This document shows positions 10,154 through 18,098 of a stretch of 64,000 nucleotides of DNA, one piece after another. Each line of letters starts with the position of its first letter. Position 1 is the stretch's first letter. The stretch is from the IMG/VR virus record IMGVR_UViG_3300005095_000008, positions 23,031 to 87,030 of that record; one strand, written 5' to 3'. Origin of the DNA: a virus. The notes under the pieces were generated by a model. The model saw only the letters and a list, made by a program, of their open reading frames with translations, made no database searches and was not told where the DNA came from. The position numbers were made by a program, and so were the translations under genes.

Positions 10154-10499
10154 GAGACTCTCCTGTATTTAGATCTTTACTATCATAAAGATCTAAATAT
10201 TCTCGTAGTTTTCTTGCTACGTTAGGTGTAGAGAGTTTCCTTAAGGCTTGATTTTGTATTTGCCTAATTCTCTCTTTTGTTAAACCTAACGTCTTACCAA
10301 CAACATCTAGAGGTGTTTGTTGTTTTGCACTGCCTGGTAATTGCAAACGTGTTACGATTACAAGATCATCTCGCAAAGTTCTTAACCTCTTATTGAGCTC
10401 TTCTCTATCTGTGGGAGATAGCTCGTATTCAGAAAGAACACGTTTAATCTCTTTGATATTGAACTCAATGTCTTTTTGTAGTGATTTTAATGTCATCAC
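10146..10499 (-). CDS. Stand-alone sigma-70 region-4 HTH protein, paralogue 1
   Basis: PLDVVGKTLGLTKERIRQIQNQALRKLSTPNVARKLREYLD closely follows RpoD 4.2 (TLEEVG..F.VTRERIRQIE.KALRKLRHP). Confidence 0.88.
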   Translation of the reverse strand: MMTLKSLQKDIEFNIKEIKRVLSEYELSPTDREELNKRLRTLRDDLVIVTRLQLPGSAKQQTPLDVVGKTLGLTKERIRQIQNQALRKLSTPNVARKLREYLDLYDSKDLNTGESHA

Positions 10500-11002
10500 T
10501 TCTCCTTTTCAACAATAGACTCCTCTTTATAGAATTCCTCTCTAAATGCTTTTGATTTAAAGAGTTCTTCTATATCATCTTTAGAGTACATACACTCTCT
10601 GTCTCCTACCATATCGAGAAAGTGTAGTTCAGCAGCGATTGCTTCTCTTTCCAAATGGTTATCCTCTACCAACACATAGAGGTCCTCTGTGTCATTATAG
10701 AGGTCTTCATATCGACCTTCATTAATTTGGTCGATGTGCACCAACTCATGTACGAGAAATGCCTGCATGATGTTTGTCTCTGCAAGTTCTCGTACTTTTC
10801 TGTAGTCAATGATTCCGATATTAAGACGCTTTCTAGCAGCGTCGACACTGAAGTCGTCATCATTGTTTAGCACTACTTGAAAACCATTTACGAATACTTC
10901 CGTGCCGTATTCCGCTAACGTTATTCCAAGTTGTTCTGTTTTAGGCGCTTTTAAGTTTTTCAGCGCATCTACCAATTCCATTACATTATTAACCATTACC
11001 AT
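10496..11002 (-). CDS. Putative zincin metallopeptidase (HExxH)
   Basis: AFLVHELVHIDQ with downstream LEREA third ligand; acidic; first gene after the promoter motif at 11038-11048. Confidence 0.7.
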   Translation of the reverse strand: MVMVNNVMELVDALKNLKAPKTEQLGITLAEYGTEVFVNGFQVVLNNDDDFSVDAARKRLNIGIIDYRKVRELAETNIMQAFLVHELVHIDQINEGRYEDLYNDTEDLYVLVEDNHLEREAIAAELHFLDMVGDRECMYSKDDIEELFKSKAFREEFYKEESIVEKEK

Positions 11003-11054
11003 TGTTACTCCTTTTTATTTAACTATGTAACTAATGATATAATATGTAAATAAA

Positions 11055-11462
11055 CTATTTTCTATTCTTTAAATATGGTTTATAATATTCAGAAGCATAT
11101 TTATATATCTCGGCGTATGTATACTTTAAATTGTAGTTACTACTTAATCTATTAGTAATGTTCTTAATGCCATAAATATTTGGGTTGCGTTTAATATACG
11201 TAGCGTACGCTTCTAGTTCGTAATAGAGTTTCTTCTTATCTGATATTTTATATAACAATGCTTGTAAACCAAACGTTCTAAAGAACTGTTTTGAGTGCAC
11301 TAGTTCATGTTCCAACACAATCTCGTTATTTCTCATCTCTGGCCTAATAAAAATAATAGGACCCCATGAAACACCGACGAACGGTTCTTTAAGAAATTTA
11401 TTTGTATAAACTACCAACACAGGAAAAATCTTGTAAATTGTTTTAATTTTGAAATTCATCAT
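11055..11462 (-). CDS. Small HExxH metallopeptidase-like protein
   Basis: GPIIFIR...VLEHELVHSKQ...YELEAY; start moved to the ATG at 11462 (AAAAGG RBS). Confidence 0.7.
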   Translation of the reverse strand: MMNFKIKTIYKIFPVLVVYTNKFLKEPFVGVSWGPIIFIRPEMRNNEIVLEHELVHSKQFFRTFGLQALLYKISDKKKLYYELEAYATYIKRNPNIYGIKNITNRLSSNYNLKYTYAEIYKYASEYYKPYLKNRK

Positions 11463-11508
11463 ACTTAACCTTTTTTTTATTTTTAATTCATTTAAGATAA
11501 AAAAGTAG

Positions 11509-11536
11509 ATACAGTAGACCAAATGGTCTACTGTAT
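11509..11536 (-). terminator. Hairpin, 12-bp arms with AAAT loop
   Basis: atacagtagacc-aaat-ggtctactgtat after the stop of 11542-12150. Confidence 0.7.
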
Positions 11537-11541
11537 TAAGA

Positions 11542-12150
11542 CTACTCGTCTCCAGGTGCGTTATCTGCTTCTTCTTGTTCTTTTTTAGCTTTTTCTTGTT
11601 CTTCAATATACGCTAAAAACTTCTCTTTGTGCTTTGGATATGAGTCTCTGTAGAATACTGTAATAACATCAAGCTTCTCTTTAGGAATCTCAAGATCATT
11701 TTTAACCCATACGTCACTAGCGATATTTAGAATTGTCACAGGTGTTTCGTCTGTCACTTCTTTAGACGCATCTTCCATGATGAAAAGCAGATCTTTATTA
11801 AAGTCAATCTTTGCTTGTTTTCCTGTCTGCATAGAGACTACTTTAATAAGCGGGTGTTGTTCAGGATATCTAGCACCAACAATTTGAGCAACGGTATTTA
11901 GAAGTTTAATCTTTTCAATATTAACCGCTTCACCAACAACAGAAGTTACTTGAGCAATTACTTCTAAGACAACTTCAAGCGGTTGTTCTTTTAGTGTTTC
12001 TAAAACAGCTTCTGTTTTTTCGTCTACAAGCTTAAAGAACTTCTCTTCTTGCTCTTTTCTCTCTTCTTCAGTTAGCTCTTTTCTCTCGCTAACAGCTTCT
12101 TCTGAATTTGCTTGCGCCTCTACAACTTCTGCATCTAATGTTTTTGACAT
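11542..12150 (-). CDS. Acidic hypothetical protein
   Basis: 202 aa, Glu/Lys-rich helical termini, AAAGGA RBS. Confidence 0.75.
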   Translation of the reverse strand: MSKTLDAEVVEAQANSEEAVSERKELTEEERKEQEEKFFKLVDEKTEAVLETLKEQPLEVVLEVIAQVTSVVGEAVNIEKIKLLNTVAQIVGARYPEQHPLIKVVSMQTGKQAKIDFNKDLLFIMEDASKEVTDETPVTILNIASDVWVKNDLEIPKEKLDVITVFYRDSYPKHKEKFLAYIEEQEKAKKEQEEADNAPGDE

Positions 12151-12224
12151 TTCATTAATCCTTTATATGTGATTTATATGTTCTTTAATAGAACTCAATA
12201 TAATACTATTGTGAGTATTATTTT

Positions 12225-13190
12225 TTATTTGTTAATTTCAGCAACTGTATCGATCGCATTTAACTCGTCGATTGATGAAGCTGATTTTGCTCGTAATTTT
12301 AAATCGTTCGCGATAGTGAGAAGATGCAACTTTACGGCAGCACCATCGTTGATAACAACTTTTAACTCGTCATTCGTGTGTAGTTTAAATTCCCAATTCT
12401 GGTTATCTGGACTACACTTAAAATATTGATCGACACCTGTAGCAATTGCACCAATGAGATTCAGTTGGTCTTCTTTATCGGATTGATAATAATGTGTATC
12501 GCCTAACGCACTAGACGCGAAACCTCCGATTATTTTATTAGCCACAATAGCATTTATCTCATTGACTTTTAGAGCAATTGCGTCTTCTAAAGGTAACTGA
12601 TCTTTAATATAAATTGTATTTGTTTGTCGTTTTTCTAGTTTACCGTCTTTATAAATATATTGTGTATACTCTTTGCTAAAATTCTCTGGAACATCTTCAT
12701 CTCTAATAAATTTAATGGTGTCTGTTTCTTCAATCGGGACATCAATAATTTCAGTCTTTTTTATTTTTGGTCGGGGTACAGATGTGTCATATCTAATTTT
12801 ATCCATAGACGCTGGTACACGAATCATTGGTGGTTCAGCATCCATATCTAAGATAGGTTCTTTACCAATTACTTTCTTAACGACTGTAGGTTTTGTTGTA
12901 GTCATTACACCATTTTCATCTACAATGGTCTTTACTGTAGAATAATCTAATGTGTCTATCACAATATCTCTATATAGAATTTCACCATTTTCATCTTTTT
13001 TATATGGTCGCACCCAATGTGGGTCTGGTTTTTCAATATATTCTGTGTCATATATAATGTTTCCATCTTCATCCGTTAATGGCGGTGGCGACCAAGCTGG
13101 ATCATCAATTTCTTGCGTAACCTCTTTTTTATAAAATTTATTTCTAATAATAGATGTCACCGTGCCATCATTCGCTATTTCTACAAACAT
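12225..13190 (-). CDS. Tail-fibre assembly-like protein with C-terminal DUF4376-like domain
   Basis: C-terminal GGFASSALGDTHYYQSDKEDQLNLIG...HTNDELKVV...DELNAI; N-terminal DEDGNI/DENGEI/DENGV repeats. Confidence 0.7.
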   Translation of the reverse strand: MFVEIANDGTVTSIIRNKFYKKEVTQEIDDPAWSPPPLTDEDGNIIYDTEYIEKPDPHWVRPYKKDENGEILYRDIVIDTLDYSTVKTIVDENGVMTTTKPTVVKKVIGKEPILDMDAEPPMIRVPASMDKIRYDTSVPRPKIKKTEIIDVPIEETDTIKFIRDEDVPENFSKEYTQYIYKDGKLEKRQTNTIYIKDQLPLEDAIALKVNEINAIVANKIIGGFASSALGDTHYYQSDKEDQLNLIGAIATGVDQYFKCSPDNQNWEFKLHTNDELKVVINDGAAVKLHLLTIANDLKLRAKSASSIDELNAIDTVAEINK

Positions 13191-13224
13191 ATGTATCCTT
13201 TTATGTGGTTTTCATTAAAACCAA

Positions 13225-14061
13225 CTATTTAATAAACGATTTAATCGTTTTTGCTAGCAATCTAAATTCATATTGCGTGTGTGAATCAGTTCGTAAGTTT
13301 AAATAATTTGTTAATTGACTCTTTCTGAAGCCAGACCAGATATCAGTCAACATCGCTTGTGGTATAATACGCCGTGCGTCTTCTGGTTTAACACCGTCTT
13401 TAATCGCTGCGTTATAGTGTTCTACACAGATGTCATAAATGTCTTGTGTCGTTCTTCCATTAGATACTACATTTTTCATTTTTTCAGAGGTATAAAACGC
13501 AAATGGAACACGTTTACCAGACACGTAACGTCTCGACAATTCTTGCCAGTTCACTCTGTGTCTTATATTTTGAGAACGTGTTGGTAAATCTAATGTTTGT
13601 AAGAACACAAAGAAATTATCATAAATTATTGCTCTCTCTTCTTCTGTATTATTAAATATCATTTCAGGATCGCACGAATAGGCTTTCTCACCAAATTTTG
13701 CTTTATCTGTCACAATAGCTCTATAGTTTGTAAGATAGTAATGCACAGCAACTACTTCTCCAAACTTACATACATTATTCTCTTTATCATTTTTATAAAC
13801 AATCTCTCTATGTAGAGGGTTATCTAAATTCAATAACACAGGAATAAACTCAAATGATGAAGACGGTAAACCAATAGACTCTCTCTTTAGTCTATTGTAC
13901 AATATTTCACTATCAAGTGCTGTTGGTGACTGATAGCAAATTGATGCTACTTTTGTAATTGCGTGTATTCTACTTTTTTCATCTTTATTCGCTGTTGAGA
14001 AATCCCATCTAGATACAGACATACCATCTAAAAACATTTTACTGTCTAATTCTTTTATCAT
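13225..14061 (-). CDS. thyX: FAD-dependent thymidylate synthase
   Basis: RHRVNWQELSRRY (RHRx7S signature), EDARRIIPQ, LNLRTDSHTQYE; start placed at MIKELD with AAAAGG RBS. Confidence 0.92.
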   Translation of the reverse strand: MIKELDSKMFLDGMSVSRWDFSTANKDEKSRIHAITKVASICYQSPTALDSEILYNRLKRESIGLPSSSFEFIPVLLNLDNPLHREIVYKNDKENNVCKFGEVVAVHYYLTNYRAIVTDKAKFGEKAYSCDPEMIFNNTEEERAIIYDNFFVFLQTLDLPTRSQNIRHRVNWQELSRRYVSGKRVPFAFYTSEKMKNVVSNGRTTQDIYDICVEHYNAAIKDGVKPEDARRIIPQAMLTDIWSGFRKSQLTNYLNLRTDSHTQYEFRLLAKTIKSFIK

Positions 14062-14170
14062 TTTTAAACCTTTTATATATGTTAATGTCACTATATAGCA
14101 GACATAGAAACTTTTTAATGAGAGATTGTATTAACTTTATAATCATTTCCAATATCTATAAAGGGTTAAC

Positions 14171-14377
14171 ATGCAGGATCATGTATCAATGCTTAAAAAT
14201 ATTGTCCCGAATGTCATTGTAATCTTCACAACGTTATACGTAGCGAGTAAAGATTCACCATTGGCATTCTTCACAGGTGTAGCGATTACGTTACTAACAG
14301 CCGCAATCATATTGTTTATTAGCGGAGTAAGGAAGAGAAATGGAGAGAAAAACATCAACACAAGTGAGTCGCACTAA
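14171..14377 (+). CDS. Small two-TM membrane protein
   Basis: Two hydrophobic helices and a basic C-terminus; AAAGGG RBS. Confidence 0.6.
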   Translation: MQDHVSMLKNIVPNVIVIFTTLYVASKDSPLAFFTGVAITLLTAAIILFISGVRKRNGEKNINTSESH

Positions 14378-14681
14378 TACGACCACAAACACTGATGTTG
14401 AAACTGGAGAGATTACAACTTCTGAAAAGATAGAAGATGTTAAGAAAACAGATGAAGACGTGTTAAAACAAAAGCCCGATTCTGATAGATTCTACCGTTG
14501 GACATCTTTTCTATTTATTGTTGGTATTGTAGTAGCTGATTATATGGGTTTCACATCCCAATACTCTACTGTAATACTGGGAGCTTCAGCCAGCATGTAT
14601 GTATTTGGTCGTAAAGGATTAGAAGCATTTACGAGCGCCTGGTTAAAAGGCATTGCGAATGCGATTGCGTCTAAAAAATAA
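14340..14681 (+). CDS. Membrane protein, possibly holin-like
   Basis: Polar N-terminal half then two TM helices ending YVFGRKGLE. Confidence 0.55.
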   Translation: MERKTSTQVSRTNTTTNTDVETGEITTSEKIEDVKKTDEDVLKQKPDSDRFYRWTSFLFIVGIVVADYMGFTSQYSTVILGASASMYVFGRKGLEAFTSAWLKGIANAIASKK

Positions 14682-14682
14682 C

Positions 14683-14714
14683 TATCTCAGTGTAGCATAT
14701 GCTACACTGAGATA
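14683..14714. terminator. Perfect 32-bp palindrome between convergent genes
   Basis: tatctcagtgtagcatatgctacactgagata followed by cttttt. Confidence 0.78.
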
Positions 14715-14718
14715 CTTT

Positions 14719-15093
14719 TTAATCGAAAATAATTTTTTGTGTGAATGCGTTACACATATCTACAACATGTTGAATATACCAGATATACGTAGTAAATAGA
14801 ATATATGTGGTTAACATCACAAGCGCTTTTCCATCGTCATCTAACACACCGTACCTGTAAAAACACCCTAAAGTAATGATACTCATTACAGTAACGAAAA
14901 TGTTGACATATGTTTTCTTATTTTGTAGATCTATTTTAAAGCGAGAATTAAAGAATTCAATATCATAAAGAAGTATTGCTGTAGTACTCGCAATAAATGG
15001 AACGATGTATGAAATCTGTATCGCAGTTATCATAGTCATCGGTATAGCAGACACAATCGCTAAGAATAGCGATATGTTAATCTTTTGTTTCAT
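14719..15093 (-). CDS. Four-TM membrane protein
   Basis: Start re-called at MKQKINIS (15093, TAGGAAG upstream); four hydrophobic segments. Confidence 0.65.
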   Translation of the reverse strand: MKQKINISLFLAIVSAIPMTMITAIQISYIVPFIASTTAILLYDIEFFNSRFKIDLQNKKTYVNIFVTVMSIITLGCFYRYGVLDDDGKALVMLTTYILFTTYIWYIQHVVDMCNAFTQKIIFD

Positions 15094-15097
15094 CTTC

Positions 15098-15385
15098 CTA
15101 ACCTTTAATATTATCATATAATTTATGGAACCTATCGTAATCAGACTCTGTTGTTTTCTTACGTGTAGATCCCATGAATAAACCATGAAAATTTGTGAGA
15201 TGACAATGTCTACAAAGACAAATACCATTCTCTTCATCAAACCGTTTATCTGGAAAATATGAACCAGAGTTTAAATGGTGTGCGTGTCTATTTTGACGTG
15301 AACCACAAAGTTGACAAACTTTATCTCGTCGTATAACTGTCGCTCTCCATATTCTGTAGTTCCTTGTCTGTCTCCAATTAGACAT
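15098..15385 (-). CDS. Small HNH endonuclease
   Basis: RDKVCQLCG...HAHH...NGICLCRHCH...FH. Confidence 0.88.
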   Translation of the reverse strand: MSNWRQTRNYRIWRATVIRRDKVCQLCGSRQNRHAHHLNSGSYFPDKRFDEENGICLCRHCHLTNFHGLFMGSTRKKTTESDYDRFHKLYDNIKG

Positions 15386-15448
15386 GCTAATCCTTTTTTA
15401 TAAAGTTTATCATCTTCATAGAAAATAAAAAAAGTAATTTGCAGAGGA

Positions 15449-16219
15449 CTATGCGTCCTCTGTTTTTTCTGTCTCGATAAATGGAAACACAGCTTCGTTA
15501 CCATCGATGTAAAATATAGAAGAGTTATCTATGTTTACAGCCATAGTCTCCTTAATGTGTAATACACCGTCTATATTAATAGGTTTCTCTATTACGCCTT
15601 CTGTTAATTGTTCAGATATGATTTCACCAGAAGTCAAGTCTAGTGTTAATACATGATTCGTTCTGTGTGTTGTTTTAATTGTTTGCGGTGGTTGACTGGC
15701 GATTACCATAGAGACTGTATTTGGACGTATTGTAAATACTTGTCCAACTAACAGATATTTCTGCGACATTACATAATCTACAGCGAGCAAGTATTTATCT
15801 TTCTCGATTGTATTATATCCTCTCTCTTTAAAATACCCATCTACCATGAGATGTATCGGTATGTGTAACGTCTTAAACAAATGTTTCTTTTTATCATCCT
15901 GCTTATACTGTTTCTTAATAAATTCATATTTTGGCTTAATATCTTTTGTCGTAATATCATATCTCATAATATATACAACAGCATCAAAACCTAAAGTGAT
16001 TTCAAACAATGTATCCCTGATGCGTTCTATAAACGCAAAATGGAACTTATTGTCTATTTTGTTTGTATAGATAGTGTTTGTTTCTACTTTAAAGTTGTTT
16101 GTGACAGAATAAAACTCTATATGAAATATGTTATTTATAAAACGCTTTCTTATAAATGTAAACAGCATCTTTGTTGTAAATGGATTATGTATATATAATT
16201 CATAATTAAATAGTTTCAT
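15449..16219 (-). CDS. Hypothetical protein
   Basis: Start re-called at MKLFNYE (16219, AAGG RBS); overlaps the upstream gene end. Confidence 0.65.
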   Translation of the reverse strand: MKLFNYELYIHNPFTTKMLFTFIRKRFINNIFHIEFYSVTNNFKVETNTIYTNKIDNKFHFAFIERIRDTLFEITLGFDAVVYIMRYDITTKDIKPKYEFIKKQYKQDDKKKHLFKTLHIPIHLMVDGYFKERGYNTIEKDKYLLAVDYVMSQKYLLVGQVFTIRPNTVSMVIASQPPQTIKTTHRTNHVLTLDLTSGEIISEQLTEGVIEKPINIDGVLHIKETMAVNIDNSSIFYIDGNEAVFPFIETEKTEDA

Positions 16220-16934
16220 TTTTAACCTTATGCACAAAACGTTCAGCATCGTTAAACGCTAACTCTGTATCAATATTTAATAATGGTATGAGTAGTGTAA
16301 TCTTACCATTTACTGTTTCGATATAACACTCATCATATTTAGTCCGTGTAAACTCTTTGACTGTCATATCTTTATAAACAATCTTAGAAAGGTTTCCAAT
16401 CTCATCATAGGTATAAACCATATCATCATTTGAGATATAAATATCTTGATTACCAGAGACCATATGCTTACATTTACATCTATCATAGTGTTGTGTATAG
16501 TGAATATATGTAGGTGTATCTTTCTCTGTTACTTCAATCGTATAAAGTTTATCATCTCTATAAGTATAAAAACGCTCCAATCTGCGTTCTCCAATAGTAA
16601 CGATCTCCCTAGATAGTTTCCCATCAATATATTCGAACTCTATCTTCTTAGAACGACTCTCTCGTGTAATAGGATATAGAGATTTATTTAACAGTATTGT
16701 CACACACTCTTTGCCATCAAAATACTCTATCATGCTCTTATCGTCAGATATATATGCATTCTTAAATTTCGTCTGTAAACGTTTTACATAAACATCATTA
16801 TCAGACACAACCAGTGTATTAAGAATATTACTCACCTTACACTGTTTGATGTTACGAAGAAACCATTCTTGTACATCCATTCTAATCGCCATCGCTCTTA
16901 ACGTTGTTTCATTAATTACGTTAATCTTTTTCAT
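16206..16934 (-). CDS. Hypothetical protein with YD/RHS-like beta repeats
   Basis: FEYIDGKL, YTYRDDKL, YTYDEIGNLSKIVY; AAAAGGAG RBS; promoter-like motif at 16961-16970. Confidence 0.65.
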   Translation of the reverse strand: MKKINVINETTLRAMAIRMDVQEWFLRNIKQCKVSNILNTLVVSDNDVYVKRLQTKFKNAYISDDKSMIEYFDGKECVTILLNKSLYPITRESRSKKIEFEYIDGKLSREIVTIGERRLERFYTYRDDKLYTIEVTEKDTPTYIHYTQHYDRCKCKHMVSGNQDIYISNDDMVYTYDEIGNLSKIVYKDMTVKEFTRTKYDECYIETVNGKITLLIPLLNIDTELAFNDAERFVHKVKNETI

Positions 16935-16986
16935 TGTCACTCCTTTTAAGTTAGTATTACTATAATATACAAATATAAAACTTTAC

Positions 16987-17012
16987 ATAGATAGACCATA
17001 TGGTCTATCTAT
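16987..17012 (-). terminator. Perfect 26-bp palindrome overlapping the nrdB stop
   Basis: atagatagaccatatggtctatctat. Confidence 0.75.
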
Positions 17013-18090
17013 AATATATTTCTTTTAGTTCTGAAAGTCGCGACCTTAGATCATTCTTAAGTACACCCTTATTGTATGCAGTATTAGATTTCTCTTGCAT
17101 CGCCGTATTTTGTTTTTTAATATCGCGATAGTCATTGAACCATGTGATAACATCATTCTTTTCTCTCTTATAAATTGGTTCTAAACCGATGTCTTTGAGA
17201 CACTTGTCTGCAAAGTATTCGATTATATATTCGTTAATATCGTGTGTGAAACCTGGAATTGGTCCGTATTTAAGTAAGTAGTCAGACCACTCTTTCTCTT
17301 TTGCTACAACTTCTTTTACGTATTCATAAATGAAGTGTTCGTCATATACATCTTGAAATCCTTGCGAAGGGTCTTTACGAATGATTCTAAGGACATTCTT
17401 ATTAAGAGGTACGTGAAAGTCTAATTCATCTTGTGCAATGAGTCTAAGAAGCGCAGAAAATCCTTGTACACCGCCCTCAAAGTTTCTATTAATGTTCCAC
17501 GTCGTATAGAAACTAAACGGAAACTTAATAGATTCTAATACATAAGTAGCTACAATTGCCTTAAAAAGAATTTCATAGTTCTCTTCGCCATTCTTGATAA
17601 CAGATTCAAAAAGTTCGTCTGCAAAGTCTTTTTCGTTATCAATTCTACTACGAATGAATGGGTCTGTGAGTGCTAAATTAATTTTATCTTCTGCTTCACT
17701 ACCAAACATTTGACTCAAACCATAACTATAACTAGTAGCATGTACAGATTCGTTCTGCGCTACATATTGATATGCTAATCGCATCTCTGTATTGGTAGCA
17801 GCGAGTGCTAAGTAGTTATAGATACCTACAACACCAGAATCCATAATGGTCTGGTATCCATTTGTCTTCAGAAAGATATCTTGTGCTCTCTCTGAAAGTT
17901 TATCCCATCCTGTAATATCAGAAGAGAAGTCTACTGCTGTCCATGCCCATACGTCAGAGAACCCTTTCTTAAATGTATTCATAATACTGTTATGGGAAAT
18001 TTTATCTATTCTAAAGATACCTGTCTGTCCAAAGAATAGTTTACTATTATCTGTATCGATCTTCAAATCGAGTATTGTTCTGTTTTCCAT
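17005..18090 (-). CDS. nrdB: Ribonucleotide reductase class Ia beta subunit
   Basis: Di-iron ligands MDS, NESVHATSY (radical Tyr), LESIKF, QDELDFH; C-terminal MQEKSNTAY. Confidence 0.93.
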   Translation of the reverse strand: MENRTILDLKIDTDNSKLFFGQTGIFRIDKISHNSIMNTFKKGFSDVWAWTAVDFSSDITGWDKLSERAQDIFLKTNGYQTIMDSGVVGIYNYLALAATNTEMRLAYQYVAQNESVHATSYSYGLSQMFGSEAEDKINLALTDPFIRSRIDNEKDFADELFESVIKNGEENYEILFKAIVATYVLESIKFPFSFYTTWNINRNFEGGVQGFSALLRLIAQDELDFHVPLNKNVLRIIRKDPSQGFQDVYDEHFIYEYVKEVVAKEKEWSDYLLKYGPIPGFTHDINEYIIEYFADKCLKDIGLEPIYKREKNDVITWFNDYRDIKKQNTAMQEKSNTAYNKGVLKNDLRSRLSELKEIYYR

Positions 18091-18098
18091 TATATCTC

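Noticed and set aside
15098-15385. HNH gene as the homing endonuclease of the intron
   Set aside because: 35 kb away, only 95 aa with no evident DNA-recognition domain; nothing links it to the intron site
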